From the NCBI RefSeq assembly GCF_018350175.1, contig NC_058368.1, positions 181,476,001 to 181,540,000 on the forward strand: a stretch of DNA of 64,000 nt. The letters are read 5' to 3'. The notes beneath the pieces were generated by a model. It searched no databases. It saw only the letters and a program-made list of their open reading frames with translations, and had not been told where the DNA came from. A program made the position numbers and the translations under genes. Positions within the stretch are counted from its first letter, which is position 1, and each line of letters starts with the position of its first letter. Positions 12,621-26,199 of this stretch are shown here, piece by piece. Source of the DNA: Felis catus (taxonomy: Eukaryota).

Positions 12621-14884
12621 GTGAGGTAATAAAGGAAAGTTGTATTATCTTTTTTGCATATTCTATTTTATCTGTATAACCTAATTTATTGATATAGTGC
12701 CTTAAGCTCTTCCATCAAAATCTTGATCTATATGTCTGTCAAATAGAAAGATCCCATCTCAGCATGGTGATGTATGAGAAAGAAGCACAACTTTTAACTC
12801 TGAGAGTATTGAAGAAAAATGTAGATATCTTTACTGAAATGTTTTCAGGATATATGGAAGGATTAATGGAAAATTGCATGTTACAATATTCAGCAAACTT
12901 CCTTATCTTCTCACACAGTAAAACTCCCTAAAAGTTGTTTTAACCACTTGATCTCCCCCAAATCTCACACCACATGGCAGCTACTCCACTTGTCTCTTCT
13001 TTCTCCTAGAGCCCTCCAAAATGTCTCTCCCTATCTCTGTATTACTTTTTCTTTTCCTAATGCCCCCTTCCCTTCCTAGCTACTTTTTCACTAAGTAAAT
13101 CAATCTAAAGATAGTATTCTCTTTCTGTTTTGTGTACTACTATCTCTACAAATTTTGGTACAGAAGCAGTCAAACAAAAGACCTCCCTTAACAATGTGGC
13201 AGGAAGGGGATTGGAGAACAAAGAATAAATTGAATTGGTTCTTTAACACCTGTATTATACTTTACTAATGGTCCTTATGTTACATTTTACTTTGAGGTTA
13301 ATACAGTATTTTCAGACCAAATTACAACTTCTATAAGCATCTATTACCTTTATAATCAGTATCAAAAACAAACAAAACAAAAAAGCAAAAGATAAATGCC
13401 AAGAGAAATTACCTACCAGTTTCCATTATTCCCCCTGTTCTGTTAAGGGAAGTACTCATCGTCTCCACCCTTTGTTTCTTTGCTTTGGGTGAGTCACTCA
13501 CAACATAACATGCTTGACCAATAGATTTTATTTCTCAACAACTGGAGACTTGTTTTAACTCTGCAAAGTTTTAACTCACCCATTGTCAAGGGTCACTAAC
13601 CCTGAATGCCTATTACATTTGTAGCCAGGGACTACGAGAATACCGAAACCATATAGACAGTATCTTGCTCATTCACTTGCATCGCATGCAGTGCAAGTGG
13701 GCCTGCTCCAGAAAACATACCCAAAGGCACTTCATCATATACAAGGTGGGCACCACTTAGTGCAGGATCACATCCAAAAACTGAAAACCAAAGCCAAAGC
13801 TAAAGCCAAAAGAATGCATAATGCATGGGAATAAAGAGCATTTAACAAAACAGCAATCACAAGCCTCATCAAGTTTCCCAAGACATTTTAGGAACTGCCA
13901 TCAAAAACTCATTGTTTCTAAACATGTCTTTAATAATCTTGAGTTCCAAATAATTCTGCAGAGAAGCAAAATTGTGATAGCATGTGTCCCAATGGCATCA
14001 CCATATATCTAATGAAGAACAAACAAAACACAAAGTAAAAAAATAAAACTTAAATCACACCAAATTTCAACTTTTGAACACATGTACCTCAGAGCTACTA
14101 TTTCATTTAAATCAACACGACATATTTGCTAGTAGGAGGTTTTATACCTTAATTGAAAGAGCCTATAGTTTCTCGTTCTCTCAAAAATACATTTACTTCT
14201 TGTAAGTGGACAAACATCAAACTAATATAGCTCTAAACATCACAGCACCCAACAATTGAAATCTATTTGAAATAGAAAGAATTTATAAGTGCCAATGGTT
14301 TGCATAAAACTCATAGAAAAATATACCAAGAAGAAAAGGGGGGCAGGACTTTATAGTCAGCTTGTCATTCCCAATTAGCACCAATTCCCTTAACCATTTC
14401 ATTCATTCTTACAAAGATAAGTGCTTTTAAATGGAAAACATGCCCTAAAGAAAGAACATGGCTTTTAGCAATCACCCTTTGGAAATAGGACCTTTATAAT
14501 GGTGTAATTTTTGATACATTAAATAAAAGTCCTCATTACAATCATCTAGAAATTCTACATTTATTCTAAATGTGGAAAAGATTACAAAGAAATAAAGTTT
14601 GCCATTCGAGAGTTTGCAATTTGCAAGTGTCAATAAGTATTATTAAAATTCTTTTAATGATTCTCCATTTCTTCTGCAATTTGACAGACTTAGGAACTAC
14701 AATTTTGAGTGCAGAGCTCAAGACAGCGGAAAAAGAACTTTCCAAAGCACAGAATATTTAACCACATTGAATGAACACAAATAAATAAATTCTTAGTAGG
14801 TGCAAATGATTTCTTATCACACAGGAAAAAATCTAAACTCCCTTGTTCCCATTGCCTGGGAGGAACTACTTCATCTGACATCTG

Positions 14885-15310
14885 TTCTCACACCATCAGC
14901 CGTACTGGCTCCACTCTGGACACAAGAGTCTTCTTTCTATTCCTTGAACCAGCCAAGGGTATCCTCACACATGTGTATTAGCACTTGCTGCTCCCTCTTT
15001 CTAAAGGGGTCTGGAGTTAGAGCTGTGTATGGCAAACTGTGACTCCTCACCATTCAGGTCTCAGCTCACATGGCCTCTACACAAAAGGACCTTCCTGGGT
15101 TGCCTTATCTGAATTCAATACTCATTCATTACTTCCTTTCAAATAGCCTTTTTTTTTAATTATTATTACTTCATCATCAGTAGTCATTACTCTCCCTAAT
15201 AATCGACCTATTTGTCTTCTATTTATTGTTGAGACCCTCCTTTTCTTTGTAATGTAACTTCCATGAGAGACAGAGACTTACATTTCTTAAGTCCAGTAAA
15301 TACTTGAAGA
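14885..15310 (+). mobile_element. L2 LINE 3' fragment
   Basis: TTCCTTGAACCAGCCAAG...TTCAGGTCTCAGCTCACATGGCCTC...AATGTAACTTCCATGAGAGACAGAGAC. Confidence 0.7.
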
Positions 15311-16764
15311 CTGCACGAGAGAAGGTAGAGAAATTCAAGACAAGGGCTGGTTAAGCAGCTGACCCAGATAGAATCTGTACCCTATCCTGGAAGTAGGATA
15401 GCTGGATGAAGGAAAGACTTTGACACAAATGCATAATAGAGAGCTTCCATTTCATCTCCATGTGGAGCACAGCAGGGAGGAGAGCCCTTTCTCTATGCAT
15501 TCAGCACTAAACATGGTTCGAACACAATTGGCTTTCTTCCTGAGCGTTGTTTGAAGACTTTGAATGAGGCAACTCTTAGGTGGGAAAGATCTGAAGAAGC
15601 AGATGTTCCTGAAACTGCCCTTTCTCTCTTGTCACCCTTTCTCTCCCTGCTTCTGCACACTTTTACTGTGATCCTTGGAAGCTCCGAAGTTCATGGTCAC
15701 CATGCCAGCTGATCTCTAGGAGTGTATACTGTTCTCCAGTTAATCCATACTGAAGTGTAGAGCATGTCTTTTCTGTTCCCTATGCGTCAATCAAGCAACT
15801 TGTACTAAACATCTCAGAGAAAGGAAAGCAGGAGATAAAATAATTTGCCAACTTCATTTTAAATTAATTTGGCAGGCAAGCTTTAAATGTGCCTATCATT
15901 TTCCCCTTCCAAGTTCCTTTGCCTTGTATATAATCCCATCTGAGGTAGAAAAAGTACACATCATGGTCAGAGCAGAAGCTTCAAAATTTTAGCTTGTAAT
16001 AAATTTAGATTGTTCTTAATTCCAGAATATTGATTTGAGGTCAGGCATTCACCAAGCATTTAAAGAGCACCAATTAACTATGCACTGAATGTGGCCCTAG
16101 ATACTTCATGATTGGCAGAATTGGGGGGGAGGATATAACTGACTATTAATATATTAATCATCATAATGAGTAGATAAGAAACTATTACTGTCTTCATAAA
16201 TGCTAAAATATCATTTAAGAAAACTCAATCTCTACTCTTGGTTTAAAAATATATATTATTTGAGAAGTAAGTATCAACAGCTATTTCGGCATGAAAAAAT
16301 TACTAAGATTTTAACTTTATTGCTTCTACATTTAAAAACAATTTAATTCTCTTGACAATTTTAGGAAGGAGGGTTTTCATTTAGGTTTTTTTTTTTTGTC
16401 ATTAAAATGTCAAATCTAAGCCTCAAAGAGGTTAAGACAGTTACCCAGGCATACAAAATTATGAGCCAAGAATAAGAACCCAAACTCACGTTTATCTAAT
16501 TCCCAAAGACATGGTTTTTGCATTCATCATGTTGCCTCATGGTCACAGTATGAATAAGATTATGTAATACTTCTTCCCAGAGAGCTATGACATGTGAAGT
16601 CAGGTTAAGCATCAAACTGAACATTTGTAAAATGCTTGGTAAAAACTGGAATGTTACAAGTGTTGACTTGGCATGACGTATTGTGTTAACTCTACTCCAG
16701 AGTGATCTAAAGGCAACAATGAAATTGTGCTGAGGGTGCACAGAATCTATGCTCAGTTGAATGA

Positions 16765-17155
16765 ATCTAGCAGGGATCACTAGTTGCTGGCCTTGCCCCG
16801 AGTTCTCCTCTTCTGCCTCAGTGCACATCTAGATTATCTTTCACAGTCTCCTTTATAATCAGAGGTGACTATATAATTGAGATCTACCAATGGAAAGGAA
16901 GCAGAAGTGATGTTGACCATTTCCAGGCAGAAACCACAAAAATCTCTTAGATGCTTCCTTCCCTATGTAGATGGCCTAAATGGAAGTGATCTTGGAAGAT
17001 ATATATTGAAAATGGCAGAGTTTCTATCAGCCTGGGTCCCGTTGTACCCCAAAACAGTGAGAAAGAAAGCCACCCACTGCTATTCACCTGCCTACTACTG
17101 TTACTGAGGAATAAATGATTTCTTTGAGCTATTTTACAAGAGTAGTTGACCCATC
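16765..17155 (+). mobile_element. MaLR solo LTR (MLT1I/J-like)
   Basis: CCAATGGAAAGGAAGCAGAAGTGATGT...TTCCAGGC...AAATGGCAGAG...CAGCCTGGGTCCC motifs. Confidence 0.65.
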
Positions 17156-18961
17156 TTCGTAAAAAGAACTAGATTCCATCATACTTGTTAAACTATACTG
17201 AAGGCTAATATTTACCCAAGTTTTGGGCTCAGCATTTTCTCCTCCTCAGTACTTTTCTTTACCACCTTTGGCACTTCTACTCTTATAGCTTTCTTAGTTT
17301 CTGCAAAGTTTTCCCTAACCTCAAAGAGGATATTTCATAGCCCTCTAAAATTTCCTCCCTTGTGTTTCAGAAGCAGAGAACAAATTAACCTTGTTAACTC
17401 TTACTTGAGCAGGTACCAGGAGAATTCCATATACCAGGTCCCCAGAAAAGGCCTGACCTTGGCCCTGAATACATTTTTCTGCCTTGTTTAGTTCTCCTGA
17501 GCAATCTAAGCATTTTTTCTGTATTTAAAGTGAGTATAATGCTTTATCTCTTATGATAGTAAACTGATACTTACCTTGGCACATAGTAGGCATTCAAATA
17601 TTCATCAGATATTATTTATCATTTATGACTTTAAGAAGATTGAGATAAAATTCCAATGTTATAGCTCTGTACATCAAGACAACATCATACTCAAAGTAAA
17701 GCTAACAAACAAAATCTCAAAAATCTACACAATGGACAAACTCACTGAACTATGGGCCAAATCAATGTGATTTTCTTAATCAAACTGAAAAATCTCACAC
17801 TGAGGTCACTGAGGTGTCCTCCACCTTTTACCAAGATGAGATAGGCCCAGACACTTGGCCATGTTTTGGCATCTTTGGGGAATGCAAACCAGATATCATA
17901 AATTTGCCCAAATTGGTTAATCTGAAAGCACTGAGACAGCCTTACCTCATGTCCCCTCCTCACTAGGAAAAACTAAACAAAACAACTACTCCTTGGTCCC
18001 TCCTAATTCCACATGAATGAAGGACAGAATGAAACCATAAAAACATTATCTAAAAGTACAGCAGATAAAGAGCATTAGACATTAGCATGCATTTTAATTG
18101 TTTTAACTCCATATTATTACTGTTAGTCTTTAGATTTGTAGATTTCCCTATAGAATAGTGTTATTGCATTGCTTTGTTTTTGTAGCTTTGTGTGCTATCA
18201 CATTTTGCTAATTTAGTTATTTGTTATTTATTTGAAACCAAAGCGACCCCTCAGCCAAAAGCAATTGCAAATACACAGCCAGTTCCCTTGCTTCTATTTG
18301 CTCTATAGGCACACACAGCTGGACCTTGGAATTAACTTTTACAACACATTTCCTTTCCTTCCAGATGCCACAATCCTTCTGAATGTATTCAGAATACAGT
18401 TTCTAATCATCAGTACTGCTTCCTATTCAGGGATTTAAACACCTATAAGCTAAAGTTGTATCCCTAGAGAATGGTCCCATACTCTACTTCCATTTCTCAT
18501 AGTTTATTCTTTCTCCGAAGAGAGAACAAATTTGCCTCAGTATATCACCACTTGGTCAAATCAACTCAAAACTGTCCAATCAACATAACCTCTCAAGCAA
18601 ACAAACTAGGAATTGGGCTCATGAAAGAAATACAGTTAGCATTTACATCCATCACCACACTACTCAGAAGCTGTTCACTAAATCTATTCACTCAGCAGCA
18701 TTCTTAGATGCTACAATTTTTGTATTGAGATGCACAATACGACAATCCCAGAACAGGTCAACACAGTAAGCTTTTACAATGCAATAGCTTTTCAGCAAGA
18801 CAGACGTTTCTCTCTGTATAGGGACTTGCCACAGTTTAGGCAGAAGTGGGATGGAAGGGTCTCCTATTTCAGACTAGAGAGCAAAAGTGTGTAATGCATG
18901 TCAGACTCCCATCACATAATACTTCCATGGAATAGAACCATCTGGATGGTTTACTATGTAT

Positions 18962-19502
18962 CAGGGCTGTGCAAGAGAGTATAATGGTACACAAATGCAA
19001 GTCACACACGTAATGTTACATTTTCTGGTAGCCACGTTCAAAATGTAAAAAAAAAAGAAACAGGTGAAATTAATTTTAACGATATATTTGAATTTACCCA
19101 ACATATCAAAAATACAATAATTCCAACATGTAATCAATATTTTAAAATTTATCAATAAGTTATTTTAGAGCACCTGCATGGGTCAGTTGGTTAAGCACCC
19201 GACTCTTGGTTTCAGCTCACCGTTCATGGGATTGAGCTCCGCGTTGCGCTCTGTACTATAAGTGCACAGCCTGCTTAGGGTTCTGTCTCTCCTCCTTCTC
19301 TGCCCCTCCCCTAGTCACGTGCACTCTCTCTTTCTCTCTCTCTCTCTCAACATAGACATTAAAAAATAAGTTATTATACATTTTTTATTTATATTGTCTT
19401 TAAAACCTGTTGTTTATTTTATAGTTACAGTGTATTTCAACTTGGATGAGCCATATTCCAAATGATAAATAGCCACATGTGGCTACCATATTGGACAGCC
19501 AG
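18962..19502 (+). mobile_element. MER33 hAT-Charlie MITE, interrupted by a Can-SINE
   Basis: AAGAAACAGGTGAAATTAATTTTAA...CAACATGTAATCAATAT...ATAGCCACATGTGGCTACCATATTGGACAGC. Confidence 0.85.
19167..19364 (+). mobile_element. Can-SINE (SINEC_Fc3-like)
   Basis: TCAGTTGGTTAAGCACCCGACTCTTGGTTTCAGCTCA...(CT)n. TSD AATAAGTTATT on both sides. Confidence 0.9.
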
Positions 19503-20026
19503 CTTTATGTTTGGGCACAACATCATGTGTTGGGCACAATATCATTTCCTGGAACAATCCCCTGTACCACTTAACTCTCCAGTTAGCTAGCCCTATTCAC
19601 ACTCAAAGCTCAGAATTATTCAACACATATTTATTAAGTGTGTACAATATTCCAGGCAGATCTCTAGGGTCAAAGGATAAGGAATGGACAAGACAAAGTC
19701 TCTGTCTTTCAAAGCATAGCAAGTACAAACATTCACCCAGAGAAGCTTGGTCTGATTCCTTGATAGAATAGGAGAGGACCTGTCGCTCTGTTAAATGCTT
19801 TTATAGTACATACTCTTCCTTCAGAGGATGCTTCCTAATTTAAATCATTTGCCAAATAACTACCTTAATAGACTGCAAAGATTCATAAAAGTAAAAATAA
19901 TATCTCATTCATTGCTGCACCCCAAAGCCTACCCAGCAGTCTGTGCCTGGCACAGAGCAGATGTACAAAATACTAGTTGAACATAAGAAAGGAAGGAGAG
20001 AGGAAGGAGAGAGGAAAGAAGAGAGA

Positions 20027-20125
20027 AAGGAAGAGAGTGAGGGAGGAAGGAAGAGAGTGAGGGAGGAAGGAAGAGAGTGAGGGAGGAAGGAAGAGAGTGA
20101 GGGAGGAAGGAAGAGAGTGAGGGAG
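20027..20125. repeat. 20-bp minisatellite (GGGAGGAAGGAAGAGAGTGA) within a purine tract at about 19986-20190
   Basis: Four perfect copies at 20041-20120 plus partial copies on each side. Confidence 0.95.
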
Positions 20126-21007
20126 GGAGGAGAGAGGAGGGAGGCAGGGAAGGTGGGAGGAGGAAAAAGAGGGAGGAAGGTGGGTAGAGAGATATGCAAA
20201 GATAGAAGTGAGGCAACTCTAAATATCAGTGAGGTTCATTAGCTAAATGGCATAGCTAGCTGCCTTAATTTACCATTCTCTACCTCATTTATACTGAGCC
20301 CTTTCTGAACTCTCCCAAGCTTCATACAATCAGCACTTCATACCTTGAATTTCATTTACTATTTTCCTGGATTTACTTCAACAATGTTTCAATTCTGGAC
20401 ATGTCCTAAAAATATGTATGAAGGGGCTATATATTTTATAGCCACTCCAGTACATTTTGAAAACTTTTTATCCAGTTTATATTATATCATATGCATTCAA
20501 AAGAAGCTGGCTGGCTTTTATCACTGTCATCTTGCCAAGGATCAAAAGAATAGTTGTAAGCTGCCCACACCTAGCTCTAATTACAGAGATTCGCAGATAT
20601 TTCCTTGCGATGGCCTATTAACTCTTCACCGACTTAGTCAATCACAAGAATTTCTTTTTCAAGCAGTGATTTTTTTTGTTAAAGCTTTTTAGTTTTTGCT
20701 AGAACATATCATATATGCATATTAGACACTTTCAAATTTATGTTTCAGTCAAAACTTCAAAATGTTTTATGACATCTGTTGGGTTTTTTAATCTCTTTAC
20801 TCTAAATCCATATTTTAATCATTGTCTCATTTATTTCATCTACCTATAGATTCAGCTAAGTTGGTCGACACAGAAACTCTTTGCAGCCCTCCATCCCCAC
20901 CCTTCCACCAACACACACAGCATCAATTCAGATTATATTAACGCTGATATTCATGAAGATCCATGGAAGCAATAGGCAAAGATTTGGATCCTCCTTCTCT
21001 AGGAAGG

Positions 21008-21192
21008 TAAGTGTGGTCCAAGTACCAGCAGCACAGACATCACCTGGGAACTTGTTAGAAATACATACCTTCAGGCATCTCCCAGGCATACCAAATCAGA
21101 GAATCTGGGGATGGGACCCAGCAATCTGTTGTATTATGGAGCCCTGTAGGGGAGCCTCGTGTACAATCTGATGCAGAGTTGAAAAACCCTGC
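21008..21192. mobile_element. MER5A hAT-Charlie MITE
   Basis: AGTGTGGTCC...ACCAGCAGCA...CATCACCTGGGAACTTGTTAGAAAT...ATCAGAGAATCTGGGGATGGGACCCAGCAATCTGT. Confidence 0.8.
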
Positions 21193-22424
21193 TCTCAGTC
21201 AACCTCTTGTTCTGTGCTAGGGTGCAACATTGAGACAAGAGTGAATTATCCCACTGTGTACTTGCTTTTGGAAATGAAATGGGGTACCATGATAGAGAAA
21301 CATATTTAGAGAGCATATTTAAACTTTGAAATGATAAAAAAAAATAAAACTATAAACTGAAATTTACAAAGAATGGCACAAGTATTAGAAAAAAAAAACA
21401 CATACAACCAACTCTTAAATTGAAAATCCATCAAATTTCACTGTAAAGGGGAAAAGAAGTCACTGGGACTATTTTCAAATCTACAACATTTCTGAAGTCA
21501 GATTCCAAGTTGTCTTTCAGTTTTTGTTTATAGTATTTTTAGATCTCTCTCTGCATGCTATGTTTTCCTTTAGACACACTGCCAACTTTTTGTATCTGTC
21601 ATCTGGTTTTGAAAATGAGGTTTCTCATCATTTTTTAAGCATTTCACCATTTCAATTGTCACACTAATGCTTGGTACATCTGGAAGTTCCTATGATAGGA
21701 TGGATTTAGAATCTACATTTAAAAGCGTGTCAAATAATTACCAATATTTAATTTCATGTTCCTTCAGAAAAAAGAAAAATCCATTAGAGGTTCTACAGTT
21801 CTTCTTCCGTGCCATCTCCTAAATTAAACTTCATATTAAAAAAAAAACTAGATTCTAGGATTTCTCAGGCTTCACATTTTCAAATTTAAATTCAAAAAAG
21901 CAGAAAGAAATGATATGGAATGAAGTGATTTATCCTAGGGGTTTGTTCTTTTTAAGTATAAGATAAACCGAGAATCGCAAGGGGAAGAGGAGGGGAGCAA
22001 TCACATGAGCCGGGCTGGCATCCTCATGTTATTTCTGTATGTGATTACATATTGCTTTGGGGTTTCTATTTCAAGAACTAGTCATTTATTTTTTCCTCCA
22101 ATACAAATGTATTCTTGATGACTAGGATATCATTTTAATTATTTTTAATAAAAATCATTTGGCATCCGTGACCTTTTATAGTGTTTCTGCAAAAGGTTCA
22201 AAGTATTAAACAAAAGTATCCTTCCATCCCCAAACTGTAATATGACTTCAGAAAGTTAATTAATGTCACATCCTGAAGGATTAGGCTGTGAATGTTGTTT
22301 GGGATGGTAGCAAAGAGTATAAACTTGGGAATCAAATTGCACAGGTATGAATTTAGATTTGCCACTTACTTGCTAGATGACCTTGAGCAATTCCTTAAAC
22401 TCTGCATTTAAAATTTATCATCTA

Positions 22425-22648
22425 GGGGCTCCTGGGTGGCTCAGTCAGTGACAGGTCAAACTCCTGATTTCAGGTCAGGTCATGATCTCATGATTCCTGA
22501 GATCAAGCCCTGTATCAGGCTCCATGATGAGCGTGGAACCTACTTGGGATTCTCTCTGTCTCTGTCTCTGTCTCTCTCTTTCTCCCCTTCCCCTCTAATG
22601 CACTCTCTCTCAAAATAAATAAACATTAAATAAATAAATAAATAAATA
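22425..22648 (+). mobile_element. Can-SINE (SINEC_Fc3-like) inserted in a MIR (about 22305-22765)
   Basis: GGGGCTCCTGGGTGGCTCAG...(TAAA)n tail. TSD-like AAAATTTATC. MIR motifs on both flanks. Confidence 0.9.
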
Positions 22649-23319
22649 AAATTTATCTATAACAAGTGAATGGAAATTTATTTAGCTCTTGAATTGTTGT
22701 TAGCAAAGATCAAATAAATCAGCCCATGTAAAGGGTCTATCACAATGTCTAATACATAGTTTCAAATATTTATGGACATATTTTACTGATAAAATTTAAA
22801 AAGCCTCTCTGAAAGGATGCTTTGATAAGAAGTTCTTTCAGTTAGGGACAAGTTTATTAATACCTTCTGTCCTGGTATTAGCTGATTTTCCATCAATTTC
22901 TCAAAATGAATGATGGATAAGTAACTGCACAATTAGTGGGTGTGTCCAAGAAGATCAGATTAAGGGAGCTTTCTTGGGAAATTGGTGATAAGATGTGCCA
23001 CATTCCCTGTAATCATCCCTTCCTATCCATAGGTGCCATCCACCTGTTCCTCTATTCCATACCCCACATCTCCAACACAAAACTACTGTCCATCATATAC
23101 ACACGAGGAAGCAGAAAGGTTCCCACTGCTCAAGAATCTGTGGCCCACATGCAGTTCTCTCCTGACTACTCTCTCCACCTAATGGACAAACGGTGCCTTG
23201 TTATACCACAAAGGTATATATACCTTATCTATATATATAAATATATAGATATTTAGATATATGTATTTAATATCATAATATGAAAACACAATAAAATATA
23301 ATATAGTATAAAGGAATAC

Positions 23320-23717
23320 TGACAGCCTTCAACTGATGATGGTTCAACTTACACATTTTTTGACTTTACGACAATGAGAAAGCATTATGTAAGTGTACTT
23401 TGAAATTAGATTTTTTTTTTCTGGGCTAGCACTATGCAGTAAGATACTTTCTCCACGCGGTGGACAGTAGCAGCAAGCAGCAGCTCCCAATCACACACGC
23501 AATCCCTAGGATAAACCACCTATACACGTACAACCATTCACATTTTACTTTCAGTATAGTATTCAATAGCTGACAAGAAATCTTCAACACTTAGTTATAA
23601 AATAGGCTTGGCGCTAGATGACTATGCCCAACTCTATGGTAATGTAGGTGGTCTGAGTAAATGTGAGTGGGTGAGGTTAAACTAGGATGATGGGTAGGTT
23701 AGGGGTATTAAATGCAT
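23320..23717 (-). mobile_element. MER47/Tigger5-family TcMar element
   Basis: GATGGTTCAACTTAC...TTTTTGACTTTACGA...CTTTCAGTATAGTATTCAATA...TATAAAATAGGCTT...GGTAGGTTAGGGGTATTAAATGCAT is antisense to the recalled MER47 consensus. Confidence 0.8.
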
Positions 23718-24394
23718 ATATATATGTATATATATATATTCCATAAAACAACGAACACCCATTTTAGAAAACACTGCATGAGTATATGGATATTTCCAGC
23801 CATTACATATAAATACACACACACATAAAATTTTGGTAACCCACGGATATATATTTATTACAGTTTATAGAAGTAGCAATAACAACATTCTCTTCTCCTC
23901 TTGAGTCCTAAACAAGACAATTAAGCAGCAGTTAAAAGATGCAGAACAGTAAATGTGAAAGCCTCTGTCCCTACTCCTTTCTAGTCATAGAAAAGAAGAA
24001 ACTTCTATATCCCAGATAGGAAAGGCATCTCGCTTCAGGAACAGTGTCACCCCTTCCCAATCCCTTGGTTCCTTGTCCTTAGGAGAGTAAGAGGAACTCA
24101 TCTAATTGGTGAAAATGAGAAAAGGAAGTAAACAAGGGATCTCTGTTTCAGTCATGGCTGGGAGGTCTGGCATTGTTCGGGTCTACGTGTAACTGAGTGC
24201 CTGGCTTCCATTGGCAGAGGGGAAGTTCGACGGATGACGAAGTATTATGAAGCTGCTGTTTTGAGCTCCATCATCTGGCTCTTTCTTTGCTGGTTTCTAC
24301 CTCAGGGAATAGAATGGAGTTATTCTTCGGTCCTTTATATGTCCTTTGTAAGATCCAAATTACCATTCTACAATATGCCTGTCTCTTAATAAGT

Positions 24395-24770
24395 TGAGAA
24401 CATTTTCCCCTGTCATTAAATATTCTTTATTCTATAACACCATCTTTAATTGCTATTCAGCATTTTTATTCTATGATGCTTTATGTCTTATTGAGCCAGT
24501 CTCCTATTATTAGATAATTGAGATTTAAAAAAAAAAATTAAGTTGCTGCAATTAAGTTTGTAAATAATACAAACATACAGTATTCATTCTATACCAGTCT
24601 GTTCATTTACTGAGAATAAATTCTTAAAAGGACATTGGGTAGGTCAACATAGATGACTATTTGAAATATTTTTTAATGTACAGTGCAAAGTTATCCTCTA
24701 GAAAGTTTGGGTCATTTTATGTTTCCCCTACAAGTAAATGAGAATACTTATTTCCTTGAATACTTACTAG
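24395..24770 (-). mobile_element. Ancient L1M (L1ME/MC-like) fragment
   Basis: CCAGTCTCCTATTATTAGATAATTGAG...GAATAAATTCTTAAAAGG...CCCCTACAAGTAAATGAGAATAC resembles the antisense L1M 3' region. Confidence 0.6.
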
Positions 24771-26199
24771 AGTTAAGGAATGGGATTAAAACAATATGTC
24801 AAATTTCACTTCCTGAGATTTCATATGCTTTAGGTAGTGGAAAAAAGCCAGGGTGCATCCTTTGTTTGGAAGGCACTGTTTAACTACAGTTTGCCCAAGT
24901 GTGAAATGCCAGATTTCCTTAAATCAAGTTACCTAATCTCTTGACATTAACAAATATTAGCATTTTAAGACCTGTTTTGAAATTAAGACAAAAGCAAACA
25001 TCATTGCTAATGTACATCTGAGAGAGGAAGGAGAAAGAAACCATGGAAACCAGCAGAGGAATTAAAATGGCAACTAAGAATTAGGCACCAGAATAGAACC
25101 AGCAATAGGCCAGATGAGGATTTTAATTAGAACTGATTTGACAAGAATTATAAGGTGTTCCTTTGCAGTTTTCTTTCTTTTTTTTTTTTTTTTTCTCTTT
25201 TGGTCATGCTTTTTAGGAAGCCTTGATAAATCTTACCTCCACTGTACTTTTGCTTCTCCTAAAACTCCTTAAAAATACCACAGGCATTTACTACACACAA
25301 ACACAGCTCAGTTTTTAGGCCACAGGATGGCACTCTGGGTGCATATAAATGATGAAGTGCCACTCTTCCCCCTGGAAAAAAAGGCTCTCTGTCCCTAGGG
25401 AGGTTCTGACAGACATGACTCCTAGTCTTAACTCTAAGTCCAGCACCTATCCATGGGAGGAGTTTATAGTGACTAAGATTTCTCCAGAGAAGCCTAAGAC
25501 TTCTCTCAGGTGTTTGTCTCCATACATCCAACACTGGCAAAGCACTTTCAAGAACACCTAACCTGTTAGTCTTCTCATTTCCTTGAAGGTTACACTTACG
25601 GGGAGAGAATTTTCTTCACAGAAAGCAGCTATATCCCCGAGATGAACACCTCAGGAAATGTAACCACTTCAATGCGTATGGATCACATGGTTAAAATTCA
25701 TTTCCATATGGTTGACAGTTCCAAGCACCAAAAATAGCAGTGTTGTTTTTCTTTAAATATAATTAATATTCTGTTGTGTGGGAGTGAGGTTAACATGTGT
25801 TAAATGCAGTTGCAGGTAAAACATACAGAAATTTTTACCCATATTTGGACAGATGAAGTTGTCCTTATTATTATAGTTATCATCCTTATTATTATTTATC
25901 ATTAAAATGTGATGTAAAAAGAAAAGTATCCTTAAGCTTTAAATGTTGGCCTCTGATATAGTCATCAGAACATTAAAACACATAAAAGATGACGTAAGTC
26001 CTTGGAAGACAAAGTGCATTTAACCAAATCTTTAGTAAACTATAAATAACGGTAAAAATATTTAGATTGAAATTACAATAATGATTTACACTGATGGCAC
26101 AAAAAAGGAAGGAGTTGCCAGGCAAGCCATGGGACTGGTGAGTGGATGACAAGGAGATACTGTGGGTACAAAGTGAACTCCAGTCAAGGAGTTATCACA

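Noticed and set aside
18540..18720. C/A-skewed segment faintly resembling mitochondrial ND5 (possible numt)
   Set aside because: Only scattered short word matches; no colinear ND5 translation.
20027..20125. CRISPR-like repeat array
   Set aside because: Head-to-tail repeats with no spacers, in a mammalian genome.
19909..20216. Low-complexity L/P/S ORFs
   Set aside because: Antisense reading of the purine minisatellite.
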